Notes under the pieces: model-generated
Told to the model about the DNA's origin: nothing
Seen by the model: the letters and a program-made list of their open reading frames with translations, nothing else
The model's database searches: none
Program-made: the position numbers and the translations under genes
Part shown: positions 40,990 to 51,603 of the stretch, in pieces
How positions within the stretch are numbered: position 1 is the first letter of the stretch
Layout of the letters: the number at the start of each line of letters is the position of its first letter
Assembly (NCBI GenBank): GCA_048571215.1
Contig: CP182352.1
Coordinates: forward strand, 2,496,001 to 2,560,000
Direction: 5' to 3'
Source: Halarcobacter sp.
GTDB taxonomy: Bacteria > Campylobacterota > Campylobacteria > Campylobacterales > Arcobacteraceae
DNA: 64,000 nucleotides

Positions 40990-43872
40990 TTATATACTTT
41001 TTAAGGGTAATTTAATAGTGAATTTTGCCCCTATATATTCAACACCATCATATAAAAACTTATCATTTTCCACTTCAATTTTTCCCTTCATATTGTTTTC
41101 AATAATTTGGTGGGTCATATATAAACCTATTCCTGTACCTTGTGCTTTATGCTTAGTAGTAAAATATGGATCAAATACTTGATTGATTGTATCTAGTGCT
41201 ATCCCTTTTCCATTATCTTTAATACTTATAATTGCATACTCTTTATCTACAAAAATATTTATTATAACTATTCTCTTACCGTCAATTTTTTCCAATGCAT
41301 CTTTTGCATTGTTAAAGATATTTATTAAAGCTTGTGTAAACTCATTTTCATAGTTATAAACTTTTACATCATCTTTCTTTTCAAAATTAACTTCAATATT
41401 GTACTTTTTAAACATTCCCTCTAAAAGTTTTAGATTTTTTTCAATTGCTGATACTATATAAAAATCAATTTTAATCTTGTCTGTTTTAAAAAAGTTTCTA
41501 AAATCATCAATTGTTTGTGATAGATATTGAGTTGTTCTATTTATTAATGCTAAAGATTTATCTTGATCATCTTTTTCTAAAATATCTAATTGACTTTTTA
41601 ACTCCAAACTTGTGGCTGTTGTACTTATCACACTTAAAGGTTGTCTCCATTGATGGGCAATATTTTCTAACATCTGTCCCATTGAAGCCATTTTTGATTG
41701 TTGGAAAAGTATTTTATCTTTATATTTCATATCAGTTATATCTACAATCGATACTATTTTTACTTTTTTATTTTTATAAGTGTTAAAATTTACTTTTATT
41801 ATTAAAGGAAATTCTACTCCACTTTTTTTTATTCCACTTGTTTCATAAGAATTATTTTCTGGAAATTTATTATCTTCTAATAATATAAATTCAGAAAATT
41901 TTCTATTTAAAACCTCTTTTTTGTCTTTATATTCAAACATATTTAATATCAAATTATTTACTTCAATACAAATATCATCTTCAAATATTATAATACCTTC
42001 AACTACAGAGTCTAAAAGGATTTGAAAATCTTTATTTGAATTTTGTAATCTTTTTTTTGTATTATTTAACTCATCTTGTTTTTTTCTTAGTGCTCTATTA
42101 TATTTTAATAATTGAAAATGTCTTATAATACCTATAGCTATAACAATCAACATTACAGCAAGAATTTGAAAAAAAAGTTTATAATCAAATCCTTTTTCAA
42201 ATGTAACAGAGATATATTTATTTAAAATCCCTTGCTTAGTATCTTCGTCTATTTTATCAACTGCCTTTTCAAAGAGTTCAAAAAGTATAGGGTCATCATT
42301 TCTCACTCCAATTCCCAATCGTGAATAATCATTAAGTTTACCTGCTATTTTTAGTTCACCAATATATTTATGTTGTAGTTCATATGCCACAGTAGGAAGT
42401 GCACCTAAAAAACCAAAAAGCTTTCCATCAGCTACCATTTCCATACCTGTTTTAACATCAGGGACATCAACTATTTTATTGTTTGGGTGTCTTTTTTTCA
42501 TTAACTCCCCTATAGCATACCCCTTTACAATTCCTATTTTTTCTTTTGTCAATAAAGATTCAACATCAGCAATAAAAAGTTTATCTACTTTTGTTGCTAA
42601 TACTAAAGGGAAAGAGATATATGGTTTTGTAAATTTCATATATTTTAATCTAGATGGAGTTGGCATAGCTAAAGAGAAAATATCACATTTTCTTTTTTTT
42701 GCAAACTCTATTGATTCATTCCAACTTCTTGTTTTAACTAATTTTATAGGGATACCTATTTTCTTCGAAATCAAAGGTATATAATCAGAAGTCATACCTA
42801 TATATTTTCCATCTTCAAGTTTTTCATAAGGCATCCAATTTGGATCAATACACATCTTAATATTTTTTTTATTTGCAATATATTTTTTTTGCTCTTGTGT
42901 AAAATCAACTTCTAAATCATTTTTTAAATTTAAATCTAAAATTATCTTTTTAATATTAAAATCATCTTTTAACAATCCATCCTCATATAAATTATGAATA
43001 TTCTTTTGTAACATTGTCTGATTTATCTCTCCAATGTTGTATATATTTGGCATTATAAGTTTTTCTATTTGTGAAGCTTCAAATCTTAAAGCTTCTTTTG
43101 TTTTTTTCTTTGAATAATTTTTATATATAATATCAATAATCTCATCTTTATTATTTAAAGCATACTTCCAACCCTTTGTTGTAGCTTGAACTATTTTTTG
43201 TACTCTCTCAAAATTATTTTTAGTTTCATCAATTGAAGTAAAAAGATTTAGACCTGAACCATATATTCCATAAGATGCTGGATCTATAATGGTATATGGC
43301 TTTTTTGACTTTCTTATATTATAAAGTTCATTTGATAAATATATACTCATCACATCAACATTACCATCAATAAAATCATTTGGATTAAATGTATGTTGAA
43401 TAAATACATATTCATCTGATTTAATATTAAATTTATCCAGTAGAGTTTTTAATGTTGACTCTTCTAACTGTACCTTGTCTGCCATAATAATTTTACCCCT
43501 CAAATCATCAGGAGTAATAATATCTTGTGTAGCAACGAAGACTAGTGGAGATCTTTTAAAATAATTTGCTACAAGTTTTATCTTATCTCTAAGATCATAC
43601 AATTTTACTAAAGATAAATCATAAACAATATAAGTTGAGTTTTTATTGGTAAGTTCATCAACTACATTCATACCCTCTTTAAACTCTTTAATATCTACAT
43701 CCAATCCTAAATCTTTATAAAACCCTTTCTCTTTTGCAGCAATAAAACCTGCAAATTCAAATTGGTATTTCCAATTAAGCTGAATTGATACTTTTTCTAA
43801 TTTTTTTTGTGAAGCAAAAAGTGAAGTAAGCAATAAAAAAAAGATTAATAAAATTTTTATATAAGAGAACAC
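40990..43872 (-). CDS. Sensor histidine kinase with NMT1-like and family-3 substrate-binding domains and a PAS-like region
   Basis: QL.WKYQFEFAGF.AA.EKGFY; CIDP.W.PYE; IAHQWRQPL; DNG.GI, FDPYFTTK, GTGIGL. Confidence 0.9.
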   Translation of the reverse strand: MFSYIKILLIFFLLLTSLFASQKKLEKVSIQLNWKYQFEFAGFIAAKEKGFYKDLGLDVDIKEFKEGMNVVDELTNKNSTYIVYDLSLVKLYDLRDKIKLVANYFKRSPLVFVATQDIITPDDLRGKIIMADKVQLEESTLKTLLDKFNIKSDEYVFIQHTFNPNDFIDGNVDVMSIYLSNELYNIRKSKKPYTIIDPASYGIYGSGLNLFTSIDETKNNFERVQKIVQATTKGWKYALNNKDEIIDIIYKNYSKKKTKEALRFEASQIEKLIMPNIYNIGEINQTMLQKNIHNLYEDGLLKDDFNIKKIILDLNLKNDLEVDFTQEQKKYIANKKNIKMCIDPNWMPYEKLEDGKYIGMTSDYIPLISKKIGIPIKLVKTRSWNESIEFAKKRKCDIFSLAMPTPSRLKYMKFTKPYISFPLVLATKVDKLFIADVESLLTKEKIGIVKGYAIGELMKKRHPNNKIVDVPDVKTGMEMVADGKLFGFLGALPTVAYELQHKYIGELKIAGKLNDYSRLGIGVRNDDPILFELFEKAVDKIDEDTKQGILNKYISVTFEKGFDYKLFFQILAVMLIVIAIGIIRHFQLLKYNRALRKKQDELNNTKKRLQNSNKDFQILLDSVVEGIIIFEDDICIEVNNLILNMFEYKDKKEVLNRKFSEFILLEDNKFPENNSYETSGIKKSGVEFPLIIKVNFNTYKNKKVKIVSIVDITDMKYKDKILFQQSKMASMGQMLENIAHQWRQPLSVISTTATSLELKSQLDILEKDDQDKSLALINRTTQYLSQTIDDFRNFFKTDKIKIDFYIVSAIEKNLKLLEGMFKKYNIEVNFEKKDDVKVYNYENEFTQALINIFNNAKDALEKIDGKRIVIINIFVDKEYAIISIKDNGKGIALDTINQVFDPYFTTKHKAQGTGIGLYMTHQIIENNMKGKIEVENDKFLYDGVEYIGAKFTIKLPLKSI

Positions 43873-43889
43873 TTCTTACCCCTCCTAGT

Positions 43890-44798
43890 TCAGTTAATTC
43901 TATCTAAAGATAATTTAAATTTCCTATTATATCTAGAAAGCATACTTTCATTGCCTAAAACTCCACCTTGATGGATGTATAATATTGTTGGTAAGTTCGT
44001 AGTCTGGTAGCTTTGCAGGTATTCAAAGAGAGTTTTAAAACCTAGAGAATCATAAAGTAAATCAAACTCTATACCTGTTTGTTCTATAAGTTCTTCATAT
44101 ATTTCTATAAACTCTTTATATAATTTTCCAAAATGATATTTTTTTTCACTTTCTAAAATAATAGGATGATATTTTTCCTCTTTTTCTAAAGAAAAAAACT
44201 GTTTCTTTAAATACTCACTTCCACCAACACAAGATACAGTCAAAACCTCAAAAGGTAAATGCTTTTGTAAAAAAAGTGCTGTTGTACCTGTGCCACTTGG
44301 CAAAAACACTTTAATATCATCAAGTTTTTTCTCTTTGGCCCATGTTTTAATCTCATTTGCTAAAATCTCTACCCCAAACTCTGCTTCTTTTACTCTACCA
44401 CCCTCCTCAATATATAAAATATCATCTTCAAGTAGATTTTTTCTTATAAAAAGATTTAGATCTTCAACATCTTTTTTTATAATATTAGCTCCATTTTTTA
44501 ATGCTTCTTTATAGTTTCCATGGGGATTTTCTTCTAAGTAAGAACCTATATGCTTAACATAAAAGTCAAGCTCTAAACCCTTTAGTTTTGCTAAAACTGA
44601 TAAAGAGTACAAGGAGTTTGCTTGGGCTGAGCCATAAGATATTATCTTTTTTATATTGGGAAAATCCTTTGCTAAAAAGTAATAAAATTTTCTAGCTTTA
44701 TTGCCACTAAAATCTTTGTGTAATAAGTCATCTCTTTTTACATAAAGTTGTTTATTTCTAAATTTAATTTTGTTGATTGGGGAGTTTATATAATTCAT
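43890..44798 (-). CDS. ACC deaminase / D-cysteine desulfhydrase family PLP enzyme
   Basis: KRDDL..FSGNKARK, SGTGTT, IHQGG. Confidence 0.85.
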   Translation of the reverse strand: MNYINSPINKIKFRNKQLYVKRDDLLHKDFSGNKARKFYYFLAKDFPNIKKIISYGSAQANSLYSLSVLAKLKGLELDFYVKHIGSYLEENPHGNYKEALKNGANIIKKDVEDLNLFIRKNLLEDDILYIEEGGRVKEAEFGVEILANEIKTWAKEKKLDDIKVFLPSGTGTTALFLQKHLPFEVLTVSCVGGSEYLKKQFFSLEKEEKYHPIILESEKKYHFGKLYKEFIEIYEELIEQTGIEFDLLYDSLGFKTLFEYLQSYQTTNLPTILYIHQGGVLGNESMLSRYNRKFKLSLDRIN

Positions 44799-44848
44799 TA
44801 AGGTAATTATACTAAAATTACACAAAATATTTTAAAAAAGAGTTATTA

Positions 44849-45328
44849 ATGGATTTATTAGAAATTATAGATAAGGGTGGGATTATAGTATATATCTTGA
44901 TATTTTTAAATATTATTGGATTTACTATTATAATTTGGAAATTTTTAACAATCCCAAGAAAAAGAGCAATGGTTGAAAAAATAAAATCTAAAGTTGATAC
45001 AAGTAATCTAAAAAGCTTGGAGATACAAATAGAATATGAAGTGAAAAGATTAGAAGGTGGATTAACTTATATAAAAAATATAGCTTCTGTAGCTCCTTTA
45101 CTTGGTTTATTAGGAACAGTATATGGAGTTTATAAATCTTTTGAAATCATTACACAAAAAGGTTTAGGGGATCCTACAATTTTCTCAGGTGGTATTTCAA
45201 TTGCTCTTATAACAACAATTGCTGGGCTAATAGTAGCAATTCCACACCATATAGCATATAATCACTTTATATCAATGATTGACTCAATTGAACTAAAAGC
45301 AAAAAAAGAGCTAATAGGTAAACAATGA
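44849..45328 (+). CDS. exbB: MotA/TolQ/ExbB proton channel protein
   Basis: APLLGLLGTV, GIS.AL.TT.AGL.VAIP. Confidence 0.88.
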   Translation: MDLLEIIDKGGIIVYILIFLNIIGFTIIIWKFLTIPRKRAMVEKIKSKVDTSNLKSLEIQIEYEVKRLEGGLTYIKNIASVAPLLGLLGTVYGVYKSFEIITQKGLGDPTIFSGGISIALITTIAGLIVAIPHHIAYNHFISMIDSIELKAKKELIGKQ

Positions 45329-45711
45329 AAAGAAGAGAACAATTAGGGATAGACTTAACACCAGTAATTGATGTGGTGTTTATTTTACTAATCTTTTTTA
45401 TAGTAACCTCTGTATTTAAAAAAGAGGAACTAGCTTTAATCCTTGATTTACCAAAAGCAGATGCAAAAGAGACTAAAATAGATAATGATCAAATCTATAT
45501 AGAACTTAGTGAAAAAAAACTTGCTATAAAAGGTATTGAGGTTTCATTTATCTCCCTAGAAGACAATATCAAAGAGATTAAAGATAATAAAAAGCCTGTA
45601 ATTATTAGAATTGATAAGAATACAACATATGAAAGAGTTACAAAAGTTTTAGATTTACTTCAAAAGTATAATTTAAACAATTTAGCTTTGGTTACCAATA
45701 AAGCGGAATAA
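45325..45711 (+). CDS. exbD: ExbD/TolR protein
   Basis: DLTP.IDVVFILLIFFIV..LP.A. Confidence 0.9.
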   Translation: MKRREQLGIDLTPVIDVVFILLIFFIVTSVFKKEELALILDLPKADAKETKIDNDQIYIELSEKKLAIKGIEVSFISLEDNIKEIKDNKKPVIIRIDKNTTYERVTKVLDLLQKYNLNNLALVTNKAE

Positions 45712-45727
45712 AAACTAAGCTTAAAGC

Positions 45728-46795
45728 CTAGTTTTTATTTAATGCACACAAATCAGAAAAAGCTATTTCAAGTCTTGCTATCATAGATTCTTGACCTGAT
45801 CTAATCACTTTTCTTGGGTCATAATAAGATTTATTTGGTTTATCTTCACCCTCAGGGTTTCCAATTTGAGTTTGTAAATAATCATGATATTTAGCCTCAT
45901 AATCTTTTACTCCACTCCAAAATGCCCATTGAGTATCTGTGTCAATATTCATTTTAATAACCCCATAAGAGATAGCTTCTCTAATCTCTTCTAAAGCAGA
46001 ACCTGAACCACCATGGAAAACAAAATCAACAGGTTGTGCTATTGTATTATGTTTTTCTTGAATATATTTTTGAGAGTTGTCTAAAATAACTGGACTTAAT
46101 ACTACATTTCCAGGTTTATAAACCCCATGTACATTACCAAATGAAGCAGCAATTGTAAAGTTTGGTCCAACCTTACTTAACTCTTCATAAGCAAAGCATA
46201 CCTCTTCTGGTTGAGTATAAAGTAAGGCATTATCAACATCAGAGTTATCAACACCATCCTCTTCTCCACCTGTAATACCTAACTCAATCTCAATTAACAT
46301 ATCGATATTGTTCATTCTTTTAAAATAATCTACACAAGTTGAAACATTCTCTTCTAAAGAATCTTCACTTAAATCAAGCATATGAGAAGTAAATAAAGGT
46401 TTACCATGTTTTTCATAAAAAGTTTCACCTGCTTGAAGTAAAGCTTGAATCCAAGGTAATAGTTTTCTAGCTGCATGATCTGTATGTAAAATAACTGGAA
46501 CACCATAAGCTTCAGCCAAAGCGTGAACATGCATAGCACCTGAAATTGCACCAAGTGCAGGAGCATTTGCAGCTTTTAAACCTTTTCCTGCAAAAAATTG
46601 TGCTCCACCATTTGAAAACTGAATAATAACTGGCGAATTAACCTTCGCAGCCACTTCTAATACAGCATTAACGGAATCAGTTCCCACAACATTTACAGCA
46701 GGAATAGCAAAATTATTCTCTTTTGCATATGCAAAAAGTTTTTTAGCCTCACTACCACTTAAAACACCTGGTTTTACAATATCTAATACAGCCAA
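45728..46795 (-). CDS. fbaA: Class II fructose-bisphosphate aldolase
   Basis: HTDH, SHMLDLS, GGEEDG, FGNVHGVY, FHGGSG, YDPR. Confidence 0.97.
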   Translation of the reverse strand: MAVLDIVKPGVLSGSEAKKLFAYAKENNFAIPAVNVVGTDSVNAVLEVAAKVNSPVIIQFSNGGAQFFAGKGLKAANAPALGAISGAMHVHALAEAYGVPVILHTDHAARKLLPWIQALLQAGETFYEKHGKPLFTSHMLDLSEDSLEENVSTCVDYFKRMNNIDMLIEIELGITGGEEDGVDNSDVDNALLYTQPEEVCFAYEELSKVGPNFTIAASFGNVHGVYKPGNVVLSPVILDNSQKYIQEKHNTIAQPVDFVFHGGSGSALEEIREAISYGVIKMNIDTDTQWAFWSGVKDYEAKYHDYLQTQIGNPEGEDKPNKSYYDPRKVIRSGQESMIARLEIAFSDLCALNKN

Positions 46796-46805
46796 CTTAA
46801 ACTCC

Positions 46806-47630
46806 TTATTTTATAACTATTTTTGCTTTTTTTCTTAAAGATTTTAATTCTGAATCAATTTTTTCTTTAAATTTAGTTTGCAACAACATACCATTAATAT
46901 TTTTTGATACTTTATCATAGTCTAAAGTTTTTGATGGTTCTTTTCCATCTAAATATATAACATGGTAACCAAATTGAGTTTTAACAGGAGTTTTTGTATA
47001 TGTTCCAACTTTTAAAGATTTTGCAGCTTTAGAAAACTCTGGTACCATTTTATCTTCTGAAAATTTACCTAAATAACCACCCTTTGGACCTGTAGGACCA
47101 ACTGACTTTGTTTTTGCTAATTTTTCAAATTCCTCTTTTTTGTTTGAAGCTTTATCTAATGATTTGATTATATCTTTTGCCTCTTTTTCAGTTTTTACTA
47201 AAATATGTCTTGCTTCTAGCATAGTTGGAGTAATAAATTTTTCTTTGTTTTTATTGTAATAAGCTTTTGCCTCTTTTTCAGAAACTTTTATTTTTTTAAA
47301 CTCTTCTTGCATCCAAATCTCTAAAGATAAATCCTCTTTTAGTTTTGCTAATGCTTCTTTAAAAGCTTTTCCTTTATCAACACCACTCTTAACTGCTTTT
47401 TGTGTTAAAAGTTTTCTTTCTACAATTTGGTCTAATACTTTCTCTTTTGATTTTTGTGGTAAAGCATTAAAATCAACTTTTGCATTTCTCAATGCAATGT
47501 TAACATCTTGTTGTGTAATCTTATCACCATTTACTGAACCATAACTATCAGCAGCATTTAATGCCCCAGTAGTTATTGCAATAGAAGCTATTAAACTTGT
47601 AACAATTTTTTTAGTTGTAATTTTAAACAT
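46806..47630 (-). CDS. Periplasmic parvulin-type peptidyl-prolyl isomerase (PEB4-like)
   Basis: ARHILV, GG.LG.F..MVPEF, PVKTQFGYH; upstream of fbaA as in Campylobacter. Confidence 0.9.
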   Translation of the reverse strand: MFKITTKKIVTSLIASIAITTGALNAADSYGSVNGDKITQQDVNIALRNAKVDFNALPQKSKEKVLDQIVERKLLTQKAVKSGVDKGKAFKEALAKLKEDLSLEIWMQEEFKKIKVSEKEAKAYYNKNKEKFITPTMLEARHILVKTEKEAKDIIKSLDKASNKKEEFEKLAKTKSVGPTGPKGGYLGKFSEDKMVPEFSKAAKSLKVGTYTKTPVKTQFGYHVIYLDGKEPSKTLDYDKVSKNINGMLLQTKFKEKIDSELKSLRKKAKIVIK

Positions 47631-47856
47631 TATATTCCTTCTTTGAGTTTACTTTATTAGTGATTTGTATTCTATCTTTATTTTATTAACAAAGAGTTAA
47701 TTTAAAAAAAAATTATTAGAGAAAATATACACTAATTAGTAAATTTTAAAATTTAGCTTAAAAACCCTTTAAATTTTAAGGAATTTATGATATAATTCCG
47801 CTCAAAAATTAAGATTAACTTAAATTTAAGCTAATTTGAAAGCAAGGGAAGTCTAA

Positions 47857-48540
47857 ATGAGAATACTTATTATTGAAGATGAAATTACACTAAACAGAAC
47901 GTTACAAGAGGGGTTAACCGATTTTGGTTACCAAGTTGACACAGCAGAAAATTATAAAGATGCTGAATATTTCATCGACATTAGAAATTATGATTTAGTT
48001 TTAACTGATTGGATGTTACCAGATGGAGACGGTATTGAACTATGTAAAATTGTAAAAAATAGAAGTTCAAGAACTGCTGTTGTTATATTATCTGCAAGAG
48101 ATGATAAAGATTCAGAAATTGAAGCACTTAAATCAGGTGCTGATGATTATATTAAAAAACCATTTGATTTTGATATTTTACTAGCAAGAATTGAAGCTAG
48201 ATTAAGATTTGGTGGAACAAATGTAATTGAGATTGAAAATTTATCTATTAATCCAGATGAAGAAAAAATTGAATACAACGGTGAAGAGATAGAATTAAAA
48301 GGTAAACCTTTTGAAGTTCTAACTCACTTAGCTAGACATAGAGATCAAATTGTATCAAAAGAACAACTTTTAGATGCTATTTGGGAAGAACCAGAACTAG
48401 TTACTCCAAATGTTATTGAGGTTGCAATCAACCAAATTAGACAAAAAATGGATAAACCATTAAATATTTCTACTATCGAAACAATTAGAAGAAGAGGTTA
48501 TAGATTCTGTTACCCAGATAATGGTGCAGAAAACAACTAA
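47857..48540 (+). CDS. hsrA: OmpR-family response regulator, HsrA/CosR-like
   Basis: DIRNYDL, GKPFEVLTHLARHRDQIVSKEQLLDAIWEEPE.VTPNVIEVAINQIRQKMDKPL. Confidence 0.9.
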   Translation: MRILIIEDEITLNRTLQEGLTDFGYQVDTAENYKDAEYFIDIRNYDLVLTDWMLPDGDGIELCKIVKNRSSRTAVVILSARDDKDSEIEALKSGADDYIKKPFDFDILLARIEARLRFGGTNVIEIENLSINPDEEKIEYNGEEIELKGKPFEVLTHLARHRDQIVSKEQLLDAIWEEPELVTPNVIEVAINQIRQKMDKPLNISTIETIRRRGYRFCYPDNGAENN

Positions 48541-48556
48541 TTTCTAAGATAAAATA

Positions 48557-49849
48557 ATGCAAGCGAAGAGTATATATAGACAGTTTCATCAAAAACTTGT
48601 TATTGCTACTTCGCTGTTTATTACCGTACTATCTTTTATATTTTACGGCTTTACAAAATCAACTATTTTTGATGAACTCCAAGAATCTTTATATGCGGAT
48701 GCAGAACTAATACTTAAAATTAGCCAAAGGTCAGATTTGACCAGTGAAAACTTTAATGTAATCACAAATGGTGGAACAAATATAGATATAGTAAAACTAG
48801 ACGATATTCCAGCTGTAGCATACACAACATTTAAAATCAAAAATGATAATTTTATACAAATTTTATACCCTTTTGATACAACTAAAAAACTTTATATTAA
48901 AATAATAAAAAATATAAACTCATCTATAAATATGTTAAATAAAATATTTAATAATATTTTGCTTTTATCTTTAGGTGGTTTTATACTTGTAATATTATAT
49001 GCATTTACAGTTTCCAAATCTTTACTTAGACCTATTATTCAAATCACTAGAAAACTTATAAATATGGATGAGAATTTTTTAACACAAATTGATAAAAAAC
49101 ATCTTCCTATTGAGTTTCATCCATTGGCAAACTCAATCAACTCTCTTACAGCTAGAATTGAGAGTAATATAAGGTTTAAAAAAGAGTTGTTTATTGGTGT
49201 TGCGCATGAACTTAAAACACCACTTGCTGTTATGAAACTAAAAAATGAAGTAACACTTATGAAAGAAAGAACTCCTGAAAAGTATCAAGAAACACTTAAA
49301 CTTTCAGTTGATCAAATAAACGATATGAATAAAATGATTAGCTCAATTTTAGATATAGGAAGAGCTGAGGGTGCACAATTTGAAAAACCTGAAGAGATAG
49401 ATTTAGTACAATATTTACAAAGAAAAACAAATGATTATAGAATGTTAAGTGCAAAAAAGAAAATTGTATTAACCTTTTTCTCAAATGTAAATCATCTTGA
49501 AATCTATTTACAAGCAACACTTCTAAATCAAATAATCCAAAACTTTGTACAAAATGCAATAAAATTTACTCCAGATGATAAAGCAATTGCAATAAGAATA
49601 AACAAACAAAAAGATATAGCAACAATAACTGTAACTGATGATGGTGCAGGGATTGATGAATCTATTGATTTATTTGCGCCATTTAAAAGAATGGGACAAG
49701 AAAGTGGTGCTGGATTAGGACTATTTTTGGCAAAAAATGCTGCTGATTCATTGGGAGCTGAGATAAGTTTAAAAAATAGAACTGACGGTAATAGCGGATG
49801 TGTTGCCTCACTTACTTTAACAAACACACCCACTTGTAAATTTAGTTAA
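48557..49849 (+). CDS. Sensor histidine kinase (HAMP-HisKA-HATPase)
   Basis: AHELKTPL, N..QNAIKF, D.G.GI, GAGLGL. Confidence 0.92.
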   Translation: MQAKSIYRQFHQKLVIATSLFITVLSFIFYGFTKSTIFDELQESLYADAELILKISQRSDLTSENFNVITNGGTNIDIVKLDDIPAVAYTTFKIKNDNFIQILYPFDTTKKLYIKIIKNINSSINMLNKIFNNILLLSLGGFILVILYAFTVSKSLLRPIIQITRKLINMDENFLTQIDKKHLPIEFHPLANSINSLTARIESNIRFKKELFIGVAHELKTPLAVMKLKNEVTLMKERTPEKYQETLKLSVDQINDMNKMISSILDIGRAEGAQFEKPEEIDLVQYLQRKTNDYRMLSAKKKIVLTFFSNVNHLEIYLQATLLNQIIQNFVQNAIKFTPDDKAIAIRINKQKDIATITVTDDGAGIDESIDLFAPFKRMGQESGAGLGLFLAKNAADSLGAEISLKNRTDGNSGCVASLTLTNTPTCKFS

Positions 49850-50273
49850 AAATATTTCTATGTTCTATTTTGGTACATTTATTTTGTACCACTTTTAAGC
49901 CTGCTTCTTCTGCTTTTTTTGCCGCTTCATTATTTACAAGTCCTAGTTGAGTCCAAACTGTATCAACATCTCCTCGTTCAATAGCAGCATCAACAACTAG
50001 TCCAATTACATCAGGTTTTCTAAAAATATCAACCATATCAACTTTAAATGGGATCTCTTTTAGACTTCTATATACCTTTTCACCTAAAATCTCTTCCTCT
50101 TTTGGATAAACAGGTACCATTTTAAAACCAGCATTTTTTAAATAGTTTGCAACCATATTGCTTGCTTTACTTGGGTCTGGAGAACAACCGATTACTGCAA
50201 TGGTTTTTGTATTTTCAAAAATCTCTTTTATCTCATCACTACTACTATTTACACTTGGAAATTCACACTCCAT
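49842..50273 (-). CDS. CoA-binding protein (YccU-like)
   Basis: TIAV.G.S..P.K.S, PVYP, VD.VDIFR, W.QLG. Confidence 0.9.
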   Translation of the reverse strand: MECEFPSVNSSSDEIKEIFENTKTIAVIGCSPDPSKASNMVANYLKNAGFKMVPVYPKEEEILGEKVYRSLKEIPFKVDMVDIFRKPDVIGLVVDAAIERGDVDTVWTQLGLVNNEAAKKAEEAGLKVVQNKCTKIEHRNIFN

Positions 50274-50339
50274 TAATAATCCTTTTAATTTTTCTTTTTA
50301 TAATATCAAAATATTATTAAGCATACTTTTAAGCTTTAT

Positions 50340-50360
50340 TATTAACACTTCATTATCAAA
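50340..50360 (+). promoter_or_regulatory. 21-bp regulatory motif, copy 1
   Basis: TATTAACACTTCATTATCAAA, identical to 51539-51559. Confidence 0.6.
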
Positions 50361-50459
50361 AATCTTAAATTATAATAAAAAACTACTAAGCACTTTATTC
50401 TTATTTTTTATCTCCTAAGATAAATTTTAGTATAGTACATTTTTTAAAAAGGATTTATC

Positions 50460-50810
50460 GTGTTAAAAGGTATTATTACTCTATTATTATTTCAATTTAT
50501 GGGTGAATGTGTTACAAAATTTTTTGATTTATTAGTTCCAGGACCTGTCATTGGAATGATTTTTTTATTAATATTTTTATTGATTAGAAAAAGAAGTTTT
50601 ATTAGTCTTGACAATGCAGTTACTCTACACTTAAGATATTTGCCACTACTTTTTATACCGGCTGCCATGGGTATTATCACCCAAATTGATATTATCAGCA
50701 AAGAGTTTTGGGCAATAACAATTGCACTTTTTGTTGGAACCATAGTTGCTCTTATATTTACAGCAAAATTTATAGATTATCTTACAAATAAGGCTCAAAC
50801 AAATGAATAA
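50460..50810 (+). CDS. CidA/LrgA family protein
   Basis: GE..VPGPVIGM, LLFIPA. Confidence 0.9.
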   Translation: MLKGIITLLLFQFMGECVTKFFDLLVPGPVIGMIFLLIFLLIRKRSFISLDNAVTLHLRYLPLLFIPAAMGIITQIDIISKEFWAITIALFVGTIVALIFTAKFIDYLTNKAQTNE

Positions 50811-51516
50811 AGAAGCTTTAATAACTTATATACATTCTACACCACTAACTTGGTTGATTGCCACATTAGCAGCTTTTAAATTAGGAATAATCATTTATGA
50901 AAAATGTAACAAACACACTTTATTGCAACCAATAATTATAGCTTATGTGATTCTTATAACTTTAATTATCTACACAAATACCTCTTATGAAGAGTATTTT
51001 AAAGGTGTTCAAATTATTCATTTCTTTTTAGGACCAGCAACTGTTGCTTTAGCCTTACCATTATATAAAAACTTAAAATATATAAAATCACTTTTTATAC
51101 CCATAGTTTTTACCTTATTTATAGCTGGTGTTTTTTCAATTGTAATAGCTATTTCATTACTTTGGATTTTTGGAGCACAATTACCAACAATTTTATCTAT
51201 GACAACAAAATCAATCACAGCACCAATTGCAATAATCACTTCTGAACAAATAGGTGGCATACCATCTTTAGCAGTTGGTTTTGTACTAATTACTGGAATT
51301 ATTGGCGCTTTATTTGGTACAATTATTTTTAAACTTATAAAAATAAAACATGATACTTCAAAGGGTTTTGCTCTTGGTTTAGTTTCCCATGGAATTGGAA
51401 CAGCAAGAGCTATAGAAATAAGTGAAAAAGCAGCTGCATTTTCTGCACTTGCAATGGGACTTAGTGGGATATTTACAGCTATTTTTCTTCCTATGATAAT
51501 TACTTTTTTTAAGTAA
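50803..51516 (+). CDS. LrgB family protein
   Basis: LGPATVALA.PLY, KS.T.PIA, SHGIGTA.A. Confidence 0.92.
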   Translation: MNKEALITYIHSTPLTWLIATLAAFKLGIIIYEKCNKHTLLQPIIIAYVILITLIIYTNTSYEEYFKGVQIIHFFLGPATVALALPLYKNLKYIKSLFIPIVFTLFIAGVFSIVIAISLLWIFGAQLPTILSMTTKSITAPIAIITSEQIGGIPSLAVGFVLITGIIGALFGTIIFKLIKIKHDTSKGFALGLVSHGIGTARAIEISEKAAAFSALAMGLSGIFTAIFLPMIITFFK

Positions 51517-51538
51517 TTATCAGAAGTTAAACTATCAC

Positions 51539-51559
51539 TATTAACACTTCATTATCAAA
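51539..51559 (+). promoter_or_regulatory. 21-bp regulatory motif, copy 2 (upstream of eptA)
   Basis: Identical to 50340-50360; internal ATTA(A/T)CA repeat at 11-bp spacing. Confidence 0.6.
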
Positions 51560-51603
51560 CTATTAATTTTTTAACTATACAATTCTTTTTTTAAAGGAAA
51601 AAT

